DNA of 64,000 nt from Candidatus Krumholzibacteriia bacterium (lineage in GTDB: Bacteria; Krumholzibacteriota; Krumholzibacteriia; JAJRXK01): contig JBGPIA010000002.1 of the NCBI GenBank assembly GCA_041484665.1, positions 1-64,000 of the forward strand, in the 5' to 3' direction. The translations under genes and the position numbers were made by a program. The notes beneath the pieces are model-generated. The model was given only the letters and a program-made list of their open reading frames with translations. It made no database searches and was not told where the DNA came from. Shown piece after piece: positions 17,401 to 28,932 of the stretch (within the stretch, counting starts at the first letter, position 1; the number at the start of each line of letters is the position of its first letter).

Positions 17401-19311
17401 GCGGTGCGGTGTGAGACTCCCTACCAGCCGCATTTCTATGGTTTCCGTGTCTACCGCGCCGTGGCGGCGACCGGACCCTTCCAGGAAGTGACCGAAGATC
17501 CGGTGGTGGGCTCGGGCTTCCTGCGCGACGACGGCCTGCAGCAGCTCACGAAGTACTACTACTGCGCGTCGGTCGTCGACTCGTCGCGCATCGAGAGCAG
17601 CAAGACGGCGGCCGTCTCGGCCAGCACGTCCCCGGCGGAGCTGGCCGGTGGCTTCCCCAAGGACCTCGCCATCGAGGTGGCGGGGCACGTGGCCGTGGGG
17701 GACATCCAGGGCAACGGCTCGCTCTGCGCGGTGGTGGGCAGCAACGACGTCTACGCCTTCAAGAGCAATGGCGAGGAGATCGTCGACGGCGATGGCGACA
17801 GCCAGACCCTGGGCCCCATCAGCGCCCTGGGGGACAAGTTCACGCCCTCAGGCATCACGCTGGGCGATCTGGACGGCGACGGCGCCCTGGAGATCATCGG
17901 TAGCTCGTGGAACACGAATCAGATCTACGTCTTCCGGGGCGACGGATCGGTCTACCCGGGCTGGCCCCAGACCATGAACAACAAGAACTGGGCCACGCCG
18001 GCGGTGGGTGACCTGGACCACGACGGGATCCCCGAGATCGTGGTGAACAACGTGGGTGCCAATACCTACGTCTGGCACCGCGACGGGACCGAATTCCGCG
18101 ACGGCGACAACAACCCCGCGACGCTCGGGATCTTCCAGGCCCGCCCCGGCGAGACGTTCAACCGCTCGTCCCCCGCGCTCTTCGACGTCGACGGCGACGG
18201 CAAGCTCGAGATCATTTTCGGGACGAACTACGCGAACGGCACCAACAACCGCATCCACTGCCTGCGCAACAACGGACAGGATGCGCCTGGCTGGCCGCGC
18301 TACACGGGCACAGGCGGCGCGATCGTGAGCAGCCCCACGGTCGCGGATCTCAACCACGACGGAATTCCGGAGATCTTCGTCGTCGCCGAGAACGACTCGC
18401 TGCACGTGTTGGAGCCCAACGGCCAGAACTTCCCGGGTTTCCCCAAGTCCTTCCTTACCACGGCGTGGGAGCTCGACTCGCTGACGCCGTCGCCGGCGGT
18501 GGGCGACTTCGACCATGACGGCAAACTGGAGATGGTCGTGGTCTCGGTCGTCTCCATCCACGAGAGCAAGATCTACTTGATGGACTACACCGGGACGGTT
18601 CGGCCCGGCTGGCCGCGGTCGTTGCCCGGGCTGTCGGAGTCCTCGCCGGTCGTGGCCGACATCAACGGCGACCAGCAGCTCGACATCGTGTTCGGGATCG
18701 GCGGCGGATCCGACAACGACCCCAGCCAGCTCTGCGCCTTCAACCGCGACGGCACCGACATCTCCGGGTTCCCCATTGCCATGGGTGGGGCGCCACGCAG
18801 CGCGCCCACGATCTGCGACTTCGACGGGGACGGAAAGGTGGACATCGTGCTCGCGGGCTTCGATCGCAAGCTCCACGTTTGGTCCATGCCGTTCCCCTAC
18901 AATCCCTACCTGGCCCCATGGCCCACGTTCCGCGGCAACGCCTACCGCACGGGAGTGTTCCGGGACCACCCGACGGTGGGCCTCGGTGGTGACGGGCTAC
19001 CGGCGGGCCGGGCGGCTCCGGCGCGGCTCACGATGTTGCCGAACGTTCCCAACCCCTTCAACCCCAGCACGAGCGTCCGCTTCGAGGTGCCCGCCACCTC
19101 CAGCGGGATGGTGGAGGTGCGGGTGGACGTCGTGGACGTCGCCGGGCGCCACATCCGCACATTGTTGGCCGAGCAGCTCTCAGCGGGCGCGCACGCCGTG
19201 CGCTGGGACGGCCGCGACGATCACGGCGGAGCCGTCGGCTCCGGCGTCTATTTCGCGCACGTGACTGCCGCCGGCGAGAGCCAGTCCTTGAAGATGACCC
19301 TGGCGAAGTAG
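14401..19311 (+). CDS. Secreted C25 (gingipain-like) cysteine peptidase with FN3-like, FG-GAP/VCBS repeats and C-terminal FlgD-Ig domain
   Basis: ATG 14401 after AGGAGG, signal peptide. YVLLGGD, TDLYFA.LDG, VGR, HIGHG and YALNCSS (His/Cys dyad), LLGDP. Repeated GD(L/F)DxDG..E motifs, WPTFRGN, PNPFNP...WDGRD...GSGVYF. Confidence 0.88.
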   Translation: MAPVRRRPVLALPRNLLVLGVVLAAAALGPPPGRAAQSQSIHRKLSFSPADLHIVQTPAGARMVMNGALQLEDAGAPRLPFYRIPLVLPQGTRVAGVTATATGWTSLGAVPTLESAPPLACSDGGQVEVHSFAAAGAGAGAAAEPFPPVLARAAGSGVLHGYFLGAVEVFPVRVGLAGDVQLMTGCTLDVQLAPVDAGDVALRLTAWPGRADDDASQVRALVANPEQAAACAPPPGTPVELLRAKGAAVPGLAASTDQALAPELANLSLTGAEYVIVTTNALKTQFQRLADDKIARGVPAVVVTSEWILQNFRHGGDPQETIRGFLRNAYQHWGTRYVLLGGDTGVLPPRYARSAFYPQGGYTDIPTDLYFAALDGNWNKDADGVFGEAYTTFLDPGDDCDMLAELMVGRATVNTPTEVNVFINKALAYENPLHPSYVGRDLFLSEVLFPQNWDGISPPILDGAIYSEDIIFNKVLAPGNTVESFRLYENVGGYFGSTLETKGAAMDSMRTGHFGGVHHIGHGFYYNMSVGDLNIVAADADQLANAPNYFFLYALNCSSAAFDFDCLMERFLQNPNGGSAISIGSSRAAFPTTADRYQQGFYSEVFVAGHVHVGEAIMNSRAQYVMAANTVETSDRWTHFSYSLLGDPELSIWRNVPVMPSVTVPASITLGTASVSVDVSKSGQPVAGARITLRKAPEDYQSVVTAGGGPTVVPFRALTTGTIAITVTGPDLLQFASTIQVLPATAAHVQARAEVLDDNAVAPSIGDGDGIADAGETVEWGFRFTNNGSGASATAVGAVLRKTSAPGVTVLDSTIAVGTLAGAASVVPADRFVLALDPGVPDGTILTFRLVVSSGAKQWKQDVALVAYAPEVEVVRLTVDDATFGNGDGVIQAGENLRLLVQLRNFGGGTANVVTGTLSTLSPDVSLLTAVNTWGPLALKQVSTGAGSFKLAESNVAVENTVLLTLADERGHVWSHSFELRPPSPPDAPQLDTAVGTTSIAVRCETPYQPHFYGFRVYRAVAATGPFQEVTEDPVVGSGFLRDDGLQQLTKYYYCASVVDSSRIESSKTAAVSASTSPAELAGGFPKDLAIEVAGHVAVGDIQGNGSLCAVVGSNDVYAFKSNGEEIVDGDGDSQTLGPISALGDKFTPSGITLGDLDGDGALEIIGSSWNTNQIYVFRGDGSVYPGWPQTMNNKNWATPAVGDLDHDGIPEIVVNNVGANTYVWHRDGTEFRDGDNNPATLGIFQARPGETFNRSSPALFDVDGDGKLEIIFGTNYANGTNNRIHCLRNNGQDAPGWPRYTGTGGAIVSSPTVADLNHDGIPEIFVVAENDSLHVLEPNGQNFPGFPKSFLTTAWELDSLTPSPAVGDFDHDGKLEMVVVSVVSIHESKIYLMDYTGTVRPGWPRSLPGLSESSPVVADINGDQQLDIVFGIGGGSDNDPSQLCAFNRDGTDISGFPIAMGGAPRSAPTICDFDGDGKVDIVLAGFDRKLHVWSMPFPYNPYLAPWPTFRGNAYRTGVFRDHPTVGLGGDGLPAGRAAPARLTMLPNVPNPFNPSTSVRFEVPATSSGMVEVRVDVVDVAGRHIRTLLAEQLSAGAHAVRWDGRDDHGGAVGSGVYFAHVTAAGESQSLKMTLAK

Positions 19312-19326
19312 GAGCACGCAAGCAGC

Positions 19327-19362
19327 GGCCGCGGACCGGTCCCTTCCCCCCGGTCCGCGGCC
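19327..19362 (+). terminator. Strong hairpin between the two C25 genes (terminator or RNA-stabilising stem)
   Basis: Perfect 13-bp inverted repeat ggccgcggaccgg / ccggtccgcggcc with a 10-nt loop. No U-tract. Confidence 0.45.
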
Positions 19363-19495
19363 CCACCAAGAGGTCGCAGCCCGGATCCTTGCGAACGGCC
19401 AGGTCGGCCACTGATGAATCCGTCGCGCGCCGCCGGCCCCCCGCGGGCCCGCGGCGCGCATCGCCCGGCAACGCCTCATCTGCAGGAGACGCCGC

Positions 19496-22400
19496 ATGCT
19501 CTCGTCACGTCCCTCGCGTAACACACCCTCGTATTCCCCGTCTTGCGGCTGCTGCCCACGTAGCCCCATCGCGGGCCCGACGAAGCTCCTGCTCTGGGCG
19601 GCGATTCTGTTGGTCGCTTGCGCAGCCGCGCCCCCTGCCGGCGCCGCGAGCGGGACCGCAGCCGCCGTTCTCCGCGTCGCGCTCCCGCCTCCACCGGCAG
19701 TGGGCGGGGCGCTCCCTGCGACGGGCGCCCACGGCCAGCTCCCCGTGCGTGCGGTGCTGCTGCGCGACCTGGGGCACCCCCAACTGCCGGCGCAGCGCGT
19801 CACGGTGCTCATCCCTCGTGACGAATCCGTCACCGACGTCAGCCTGGCTGGCGGACGGGTGCGCCCGCTGGCCGCCACCGCGGACCTGCCGATCGAGATG
19901 GGCGAGGTCGTGGAGGGCGTGACGGCCGGCCAGCGGATCTTCAACGCGGAGACGGTCGCAGCAGCTCCACTCTATCCGCCGGTCGAGGCCCGCATGATCG
20001 CGGACCAGTTCCTCCACGGCTGGCACCTGGTGATGGTCGAAGTCTATCCGATGCGGCAGGACCGCGCGACGGGCGCGCTGCAGGTACGGGAGGGCGCCAG
20101 TCTCGAGCTGACGCTGGGTCCGCGCCACGATGGCGTGCAGATCGCCGACCGCGTACGCCTGATCCCGGGATGGCGAGCGGGCGTGGAGGCGTCGCTCGCA
20201 GCACAGCTGGCCAACCCACAAGCGCTTGCCGGCTACGACCTCCCACCGATGGTGGAGGTGGACGCCGCAACGGCGGCCACGCCGAACAAGACGCCCAGCC
20301 TCAGCAGCAGCCCGGTCCAGATGCTGATCGTCACCAATGACGCAATGGCACCCCAGTTCCAGCGCCTGGCGGACCACCGCACCAAGCTGGGGCTCCCCAC
20401 CATCGTCGTCACGGTCAGCCAGGTCCTCGCCCAGTACCGCCATGGGCTGGATCTGGCCGAGACCCTGCGCATGTACATCACCGATGCCTACTCGAAGTGG
20501 GGTGTTGACTACGTGCTGCTGGGGGGCGATACCGACATCATCCCGGCCCGCTACGCCAATAGCACGTTCTATCCACCGTCCGGCACCACCGACATCCCCG
20601 CGGACCTGTACTACGCGGCGCTGACGGGCAACTGGAATGCGGACGGCGACGCGATCTTCGGTGAAGCGTTCGTCAGCGGCCTGGACCTGGGCGATTTCGT
20701 GGATTTCACGCCCGAACTTGCCGTGGGCCGCGCCCCGGTGCATACGCTCGCCGAAGCCCAGGTGTTCGTGAACAAGATCTTTGCCTACGAGATCCCCGCC
20801 AGCTCCGCCTACCAGTCGCGGGCGCTGGCGGTGAGCGAGGCCCTTTTCCCGCAGGACTGGGTGCCGCCCCAGGCGATCCAGCTCGACGGCGCCACCTTCA
20901 GCGAGAGCATCCTCAATAACTCGATCGTGCTCTGCGCGCCGCAGGAGGCCTGGACCACGGCGCGGTTGTACGAGAACTACACGGCCTACCCCGGTGCGCT
21001 GCCGGAGACGAAACAGGCCGTGCTCGACTCGGCCAATACGCGTCATTTCGGCCTGCTCATCCAGGAGGGGCACGGCTTCTACTTCAACATGAGCGTAGGT
21101 GACGGCAACATCCTGGTGGCGGACGCCGACGCGCTCACCAACGCGCCCAACTACTTCGTGCTCTACGCGCTGAATTGCAGCTCGGCCGCCTTCGACTTCA
21201 ACTGTCTGATGGAGCGCTTCGTGCGCAACCCCATCGGCGGCTCGGTGGCCTCACTGGGCTCGGCGCGCGCCGCCTTCCCCAACACAGCCAACGACTACCA
21301 GCAGGCGTTCTTCAATGCGGTGTTCTGCGGTGGGCTGCCGCGCCTCGGCGACGCCGTAAACCAGAGCCGCATGAATTTCACGCCCGACACGTTCTACAAC
21401 ACGAGCGATCGCTGGACCCACTTCGTGTACACGCTCCTGGGTGATCCGGCCATGCCCATGTGGACGGCGCGGCCGCGCGCGGTGAGCATCGCCGCGCCCG
21501 CCAGCGTGCCGCTGGGCAACAGCACCCTCGCCATCACGGTGACCGACGTGGCCGCGGCGGAACCGCTGGAAGGCGCCACGGTCTGCCTGAGCAAGGGCAA
21601 CGAGGACTACGCGGTGGGCACGACCGACGTGACGGGGACGGCGCAGCTGAACTTCCACGCCGAGACCGCTGGCAGCATCGCCGTGTGGATCAGCGGCAAG
21701 AATGCCCGTCCGACCAGCGCGGCGATTCCGGTCGTGGCGGGGGCGGGGGCGTTCCTGGCCGTCAGCGGCTGGAGCGTGAGCGACGACAACGCCGGCGTCA
21801 GCAGCGGCAATGGCAACGGGCGTATCGAGGGGGCCGAGAGCATCGAGCTCACGCCGCTCTTGCGCAACAGCGGGACGGCCCTGGCCGCTGCCGGCACGGT
21901 CGTGCTGACCACGACCGATCCCTACCTCGTGGTCAGCGACAGCGTAGCCGCCTTCGCCGCGGTCCCGGCCGCGAGCTCGGCCTCGGCCGGCGATCCATTC
22001 GTGTTCCTCGTCGACCAGGCGGTGCCCGACGCCCACGAGGCTACGCTCGTGCTGCGGATCGAGAGCGGCGCGAGCAGCTGGATGGAGATCGAGCACCTGA
22101 CGATCGGAGCGCCGGAGATCGAGCCCCTGTTGCTGCGCGTGGACGACAGCGTCACCGGCAACAACAACGGCATTGCCGACGTCAACGAGGACGTCGACCT
22201 GATCTTGACCCTGAAGAACTTCGGCTCCTCGGCCGTGGGAAGCGTGACGGGGACGCTCATCAGCGCCGATCCGGCCGTCACCATCGTGGACGGCTCCGCC
22301 GCCTGGGGAGCGATGCCCACGCCGCTGTCCACCGCTGACAACAACGGCAACCGTTTCCGCGTCCGCGAGTCGACCGTCAGCAGCAGCCATCAGTACGACC

Positions 22401-24421
22401 TCTCGTTGCTGGACGACCTGGGGCGCTCGGTAGTTGCGCAATTCGATCTGAGGCGCCCCGGGCTGGTGACGGGTCTGGCCCGCGGCACGGGCGGGGTCGG
22501 CGAGATCGTCGTCAAGTGGAGCCCCAACGCCGATGCCGACCTGCTGGGCTATCGCGTCTACCGCGAGCGGACCGGCGAGAGCGTGTTCTCGGTGGCGAGC
22601 GCCGACATCATCCGCGGAAGCTCCACCTTCCGCGACTCCGGGCTGCCGAGCCTTCAGCGCTTCCAGTACTACGTGGTGGCGGTTGACAACGGCCGGCTGG
22701 AGGGGCCGCCCTCGGCGATCCTGACCGCGTCGACCTCGCCGCCGGAGATCTGCGACTTCCCGCTGCCCATGGGACAGGAGTCCAGCGGCAGCCTCGCCGT
22801 GCACGACGTCGACGGCGACGGTGTGCTCGATATGATCATCGGCAGCGACAAGGTCTACGGCATCGATGGGCTCTGTCGCGAGAAGCTCGACGGCGACAGC
22901 AACTCCCAGACGTTCGGCCCCATCACTGGGACGGCGGGCAAGTACACGCCAGCCGGGATCGCGATCGGGGACCTGGGCGGGCCTTCCACCGTACCGGAGA
23001 TCGTGGCCTCCAGCTGGGGCACCTCCGAGCTGTACGTGTTCGACGCCATGGGCAGCGTCTTGCCCGGGTGGCCGCGCCTGTTGCAGAACAAGAACTGGAC
23101 GACGCCGGCCCTGGGCGACCTGGACGGCGACGGCAAGCTGGAGATCGTTCTCAACGACGTAGCGGGCTACACCTACGCGTTCCACCAGAATGGCACCGAG
23201 GTCGCCGACGGCGACGCCAATCCGGGCACCATCGGCCCGATCGCGCCGCGCCGCTCCGCCGAGAGCTTCGGCCGCACCTCCCCGGCCCTCTACGACGTCG
23301 ACGGCGATGGCAAGCTGGAGATCCTCTTCGGCAGCAAGTTCCAGACGGCGGGCGTCAACGAGTTCTTCTATGCCCTCAAGGCCGACGGCTCGGGAGCCAA
23401 CGCGCCGGGTTGGCCGAAGGTGCTCGCGCCGCTGTCGGGGTTCCTCGCCAGTCCCACCATCGCCGACCTCGACGGCGACGGGACCGTCGAGATCATCCAG
23501 CAGTGCGAGAACGACTCGCTCTACGTCTGGCATCCTAACGGCAGCCGGGTACCGCCGTTTCCGGTCCGGTACGTGTCGAATTCCCAGGACGCCAGCTCGC
23601 TGGCCGCCTCGGTCGCCGTGGGCGACTTCGACGGCGATGGGAAGCTGGATATGGTGGTGGTAGAGACCGTGAGCGCGACCAGCTCGCGCATCCGCATCAT
23701 CACGCGGCAGAACGTCACGCTGCCGGGCTGGCCGGTCACGGTCCCCAATCTCAGCGAGGCGAGCCCCGTGGTGGGGGACATCGACGGTGACGCGCAGCTG
23801 GATGTGGTGTGGGGAACGGGGGGCGGCAGCGACAGCGCGCCCAGCTTCCTCTACGCCTGGGGTAAGGACGGCACGGACATCGATGGTTTCCCGATCTTCC
23901 TCAGCGGTTTCGATCGCTCCACGGCGACCTTGTGCGACCTGGATGGCAACGGCACGGTGAACATCGCGCTGGCGTCCTGGGACAAGCTGATCCACGTGTG
24001 GGACATGGGCACGCCGTACAACCCCAACCGGATGCCGTGGCCCACGTTCCGCGGCAACGTGCACCGCGACGGCGTGTTCACCACGCGTGTCTCGTCGGAC
24101 GCGCCGCCGGCAGGCCATCCGGCCGGGGCACCGGCGCGGCCACAGCTGTTGGGCGCCGTGCCCAACCCGTTCAACCCTGCCACGACGATCCCGTTCGACG
24201 TCCCGGCGGGGGGCAAGGGTGTCACGCGCTTGCGCATCCTCGATGCGGCGGGCCGTCAGGTGACGACACTGGTAGACGCGGCGCTGCCCGCGGGGCGCCA
24301 CGCGTCGCGCTGGGACGGCCGCGATGCCGGCGGCCGGCTGGTCTCCTCGGGCGTGTTCTACGCGCAGCTCGAGGTGGACGGGTACGTGCCGGTCGCGCGC
24401 AAGCTGACGTTGATCAAGTGA
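19496..24421 (+). CDS. Second C25 (gingipain-like) peptidase paralog with FG-GAP repeats and FlgD-Ig tail
   Basis: Same architecture as the upstream gene. QEGHGFYFNMSVGD, YALNCSSAAFD, LLGDP, WPTFRGN, PNPFNP. Confidence 0.88.
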   Translation: MLSSRPSRNTPSYSPSCGCCPRSPIAGPTKLLLWAAILLVACAAAPPAGAASGTAAAVLRVALPPPPAVGGALPATGAHGQLPVRAVLLRDLGHPQLPAQRVTVLIPRDESVTDVSLAGGRVRPLAATADLPIEMGEVVEGVTAGQRIFNAETVAAAPLYPPVEARMIADQFLHGWHLVMVEVYPMRQDRATGALQVREGASLELTLGPRHDGVQIADRVRLIPGWRAGVEASLAAQLANPQALAGYDLPPMVEVDAATAATPNKTPSLSSSPVQMLIVTNDAMAPQFQRLADHRTKLGLPTIVVTVSQVLAQYRHGLDLAETLRMYITDAYSKWGVDYVLLGGDTDIIPARYANSTFYPPSGTTDIPADLYYAALTGNWNADGDAIFGEAFVSGLDLGDFVDFTPELAVGRAPVHTLAEAQVFVNKIFAYEIPASSAYQSRALAVSEALFPQDWVPPQAIQLDGATFSESILNNSIVLCAPQEAWTTARLYENYTAYPGALPETKQAVLDSANTRHFGLLIQEGHGFYFNMSVGDGNILVADADALTNAPNYFVLYALNCSSAAFDFNCLMERFVRNPIGGSVASLGSARAAFPNTANDYQQAFFNAVFCGGLPRLGDAVNQSRMNFTPDTFYNTSDRWTHFVYTLLGDPAMPMWTARPRAVSIAAPASVPLGNSTLAITVTDVAAAEPLEGATVCLSKGNEDYAVGTTDVTGTAQLNFHAETAGSIAVWISGKNARPTSAAIPVVAGAGAFLAVSGWSVSDDNAGVSSGNGNGRIEGAESIELTPLLRNSGTALAAAGTVVLTTTDPYLVVSDSVAAFAAVPAASSASAGDPFVFLVDQAVPDAHEATLVLRIESGASSWMEIEHLTIGAPEIEPLLLRVDDSVTGNNNGIADVNEDVDLILTLKNFGSSAVGSVTGTLISADPAVTIVDGSAAWGAMPTPLSTADNNGNRFRVRESTVSSSHQYDLSLLDDLGRSVVAQFDLRRPGLVTGLARGTGGVGEIVVKWSPNADADLLGYRVYRERTGESVFSVASADIIRGSSTFRDSGLPSLQRFQYYVVAVDNGRLEGPPSAILTASTSPPEICDFPLPMGQESSGSLAVHDVDGDGVLDMIIGSDKVYGIDGLCREKLDGDSNSQTFGPITGTAGKYTPAGIAIGDLGGPSTVPEIVASSWGTSELYVFDAMGSVLPGWPRLLQNKNWTTPALGDLDGDGKLEIVLNDVAGYTYAFHQNGTEVADGDANPGTIGPIAPRRSAESFGRTSPALYDVDGDGKLEILFGSKFQTAGVNEFFYALKADGSGANAPGWPKVLAPLSGFLASPTIADLDGDGTVEIIQQCENDSLYVWHPNGSRVPPFPVRYVSNSQDASSLAASVAVGDFDGDGKLDMVVVETVSATSSRIRIITRQNVTLPGWPVTVPNLSEASPVVGDIDGDAQLDVVWGTGGGSDSAPSFLYAWGKDGTDIDGFPIFLSGFDRSTATLCDLDGNGTVNIALASWDKLIHVWDMGTPYNPNRMPWPTFRGNVHRDGVFTTRVSSDAPPAGHPAGAPARPQLLGAVPNPFNPATTIPFDVPAGGKGVTRLRILDAAGRQVTTLVDAALPAGRHASRWDGRDAGGRLVSSGVFYAQLEVDGYVPVARKLTLIK

Positions 24422-24641
24422 TATGGAACGGCTGGTGTCAAACGCCGCGTGGTTGATGTCCGATCCATAGGGTCTAGCTCGACCGCCGCCCCCGTCGTGG
24501 CGGGCGTTCCCGGCGTACGCAGCCCACCGGGAGCGCACCCCGAGGGCGGACCGGGAGCGAGGGCGACTTGAGCAGGGGGCCCGGTCGTTCCGTCGCGCGC
24601 GCGACGCCACGGTCGGGCCTTTGCGTTCGCTGACGCTCGCC

Positions 24642-25970
24642 TCAGCGCACCAATGCCACGCGCTGTGTCGAGACCGGCTCCCCGTCGGCCGTGACGCGCA
24701 GCGAGTAGACGCCGCTGGCCACCGGGCGGCCCGCAGCATCGGTTCCATCCCAGGATAGCGCGTGGGCGCCCGCGGCAAGCCAGCCCTCCGTGACCACGCA
24801 CACGCCACGCCCGCTCGCGGTCAGCACCTCCACGCGCACTCGCTGCGCCGCGGCGAGCTCCAAAGGCAGCACCACCCGTGGATTGAAGGGATTCGGTCGC
24901 GCCGGCAGCACGCGCAGCGCCGACACCCGCGCCGGCGGGAGCGCCGGCGCCTCGGGCGCCGCCGTGGGCGCGGCGAGGAACCAGGGGGCGGCCGTCGCAT
25001 CGGTCTTGAAGAAGTCCAGCAGGCTCTGCGCGACCTTCTGCGCCCCGAGTGCCGAGGGATGCGTACCATCGTCGATGAATTCCAAGCACTGCCAAGTGAG
25101 CCCGTCGCCGCGCGGCAGGAGCCCGTCCGCCCACAGGTAGGGTCCCCAGCAGAGCCACGGTGCCGCCACCGGTCCCCGTGTGGGATCGAAGCCGAGCGCG
25201 AGGTCGCCGCCGATCTGCGCTGCGATCAGCCGCCGCACCGCAAACGCCGACTCGTAGGCGTACGGCTCAGGGTTCAGGGTGGTGGTGGCGTAGCCAGCGT
25301 AGATGCGGCTGCTGCAGTAGCACAGGCGCGCGTTGGGATAGCGCTCGCGCACGGTGCGCACGATACGGCGCAATTGTGCGTACAGTGTGTCCGCGTGCAC
25401 CGGGAACGGCTGCGTGGGATTCGCGTTGGCCTCCTTCAGCCAGACGGCCTGGACCTGCAGCGGCGTCAGGCCGCGCTGGGTGAGGCGATCGTCCACCACT
25501 GTCCAGAAGCCCGCCGCCGGATCGGAGATGAGGGCGGCGGTCTGGCCGCCCTGCGCGCCGTTGATCACGATCACGCGGGGATTGCGCTGCGGGTCGGCGC
25601 CGGCGAGGGTGGCCAGGGCATTGGACTCCAACGACGTGTTCGACATGCCGAGCGTGAGCAGGACGATGCGCCCGTGCGCCGGATCCGGCTGCCCCTGGGC
25701 ATCCCGGGGTTCAACGGCCGCCGCCTCGGCGAGGCCAGCGGCCTCGTGTCCGGCCGGCCGGACATTCAGCAGTCCCGGATAGAGGCCGCCCGGCTCCCCC
25801 TTGTAGAGGGCAGTGCCCAGTGCTGTGATGGGTACAAGGCCGACCGACGTGTGGGTGCAATCGCTGGCGATGCCGGGACCGCTGCCCACCGCCAGCAGCA
25901 CGCCGGCGACGGGCACCCCGCCCGCGAGCAGCGCCCGCCCGCGCCGGACGAGGTGAGAAAGGGCATTCAT
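24642..25970 (-). CDS. Secreted SGNH-hydrolase-like protein with C-terminal FlgD-Ig domain
   Basis: ATG 25970 after GAGG, signal peptide. LGMSN, NGAQGG and DGTHPS motifs. PNPFNP...WDGTD..GRPVASGVY tail. Confidence 0.7.
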   Translation of the reverse strand: MNALSHLVRRGRALLAGGVPVAGVLLAVGSGPGIASDCTHTSVGLVPITALGTALYKGEPGGLYPGLLNVRPAGHEAAGLAEAAAVEPRDAQGQPDPAHGRIVLLTLGMSNTSLESNALATLAGADPQRNPRVIVINGAQGGQTAALISDPAAGFWTVVDDRLTQRGLTPLQVQAVWLKEANANPTQPFPVHADTLYAQLRRIVRTVRERYPNARLCYCSSRIYAGYATTTLNPEPYAYESAFAVRRLIAAQIGGDLALGFDPTRGPVAAPWLCWGPYLWADGLLPRGDGLTWQCLEFIDDGTHPSALGAQKVAQSLLDFFKTDATAAPWFLAAPTAAPEAPALPPARVSALRVLPARPNPFNPRVVLPLELAAAQRVRVEVLTASGRGVCVVTEGWLAAGAHALSWDGTDAAGRPVASGVYSLRVTADGEPVSTQRVALVR

Positions 25971-26226
25971 GGGATCCTCGCCGTGGGTTGATGTGGGCAC
26001 GGGCCAAGACGCGCAGTGCGGGAAGGACAGGCGAGTTCCCCACTGAGGGCCGGATCATGGTAGCGCCGCACGCCGCCGCGGGTCAACGCGTCCAGCGCGG
26101 TATCGGCACGGGCCGCGCGAGCGCTTGCGCCCGCGCCACCGAGGCGTACTCTTCTAGGGCCGCGGCGCGGATCGCCGCGCGCGGCGCGCACGAACCACAC
26201 CGAGCCCTGGAAGACGAGCGCTGGTC

Positions 26227-28854
<2,628 letters not shown>

Positions 28855-28932
28855 ACGCGGGCGCCTCCCCGCGCCAGCCCCGCGCGCGCTGGCGGCCTCT
28901 GTCGGCAGGGACGCGCCCCTGGCCGAGGCGGA

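Noticed and set aside
14296..17688. 1130-aa minus-strand ORF (also 21251-24808, 26083-28497, 5302-7713, 39645-41216)
   Set aside because: These are antisense shadows of well-supported genes, as expected from high-GC codon bias, and show no protein motifs.
17690..24060. Repeated gacggcgacggc-type DNA motifs as a mobile repeat or DGR
   Set aside because: They encode FG-GAP Ca-binding loops. No reverse transcriptase or template/variable repeat pair is seen.
26000..26226. CIRCE/HAIR heat-shock operator upstream of clpB
   Set aside because: I found no match to TTAGCACTC-N9-GAGTGCTAA or CTTGAGT-N7-ACTCAAG.
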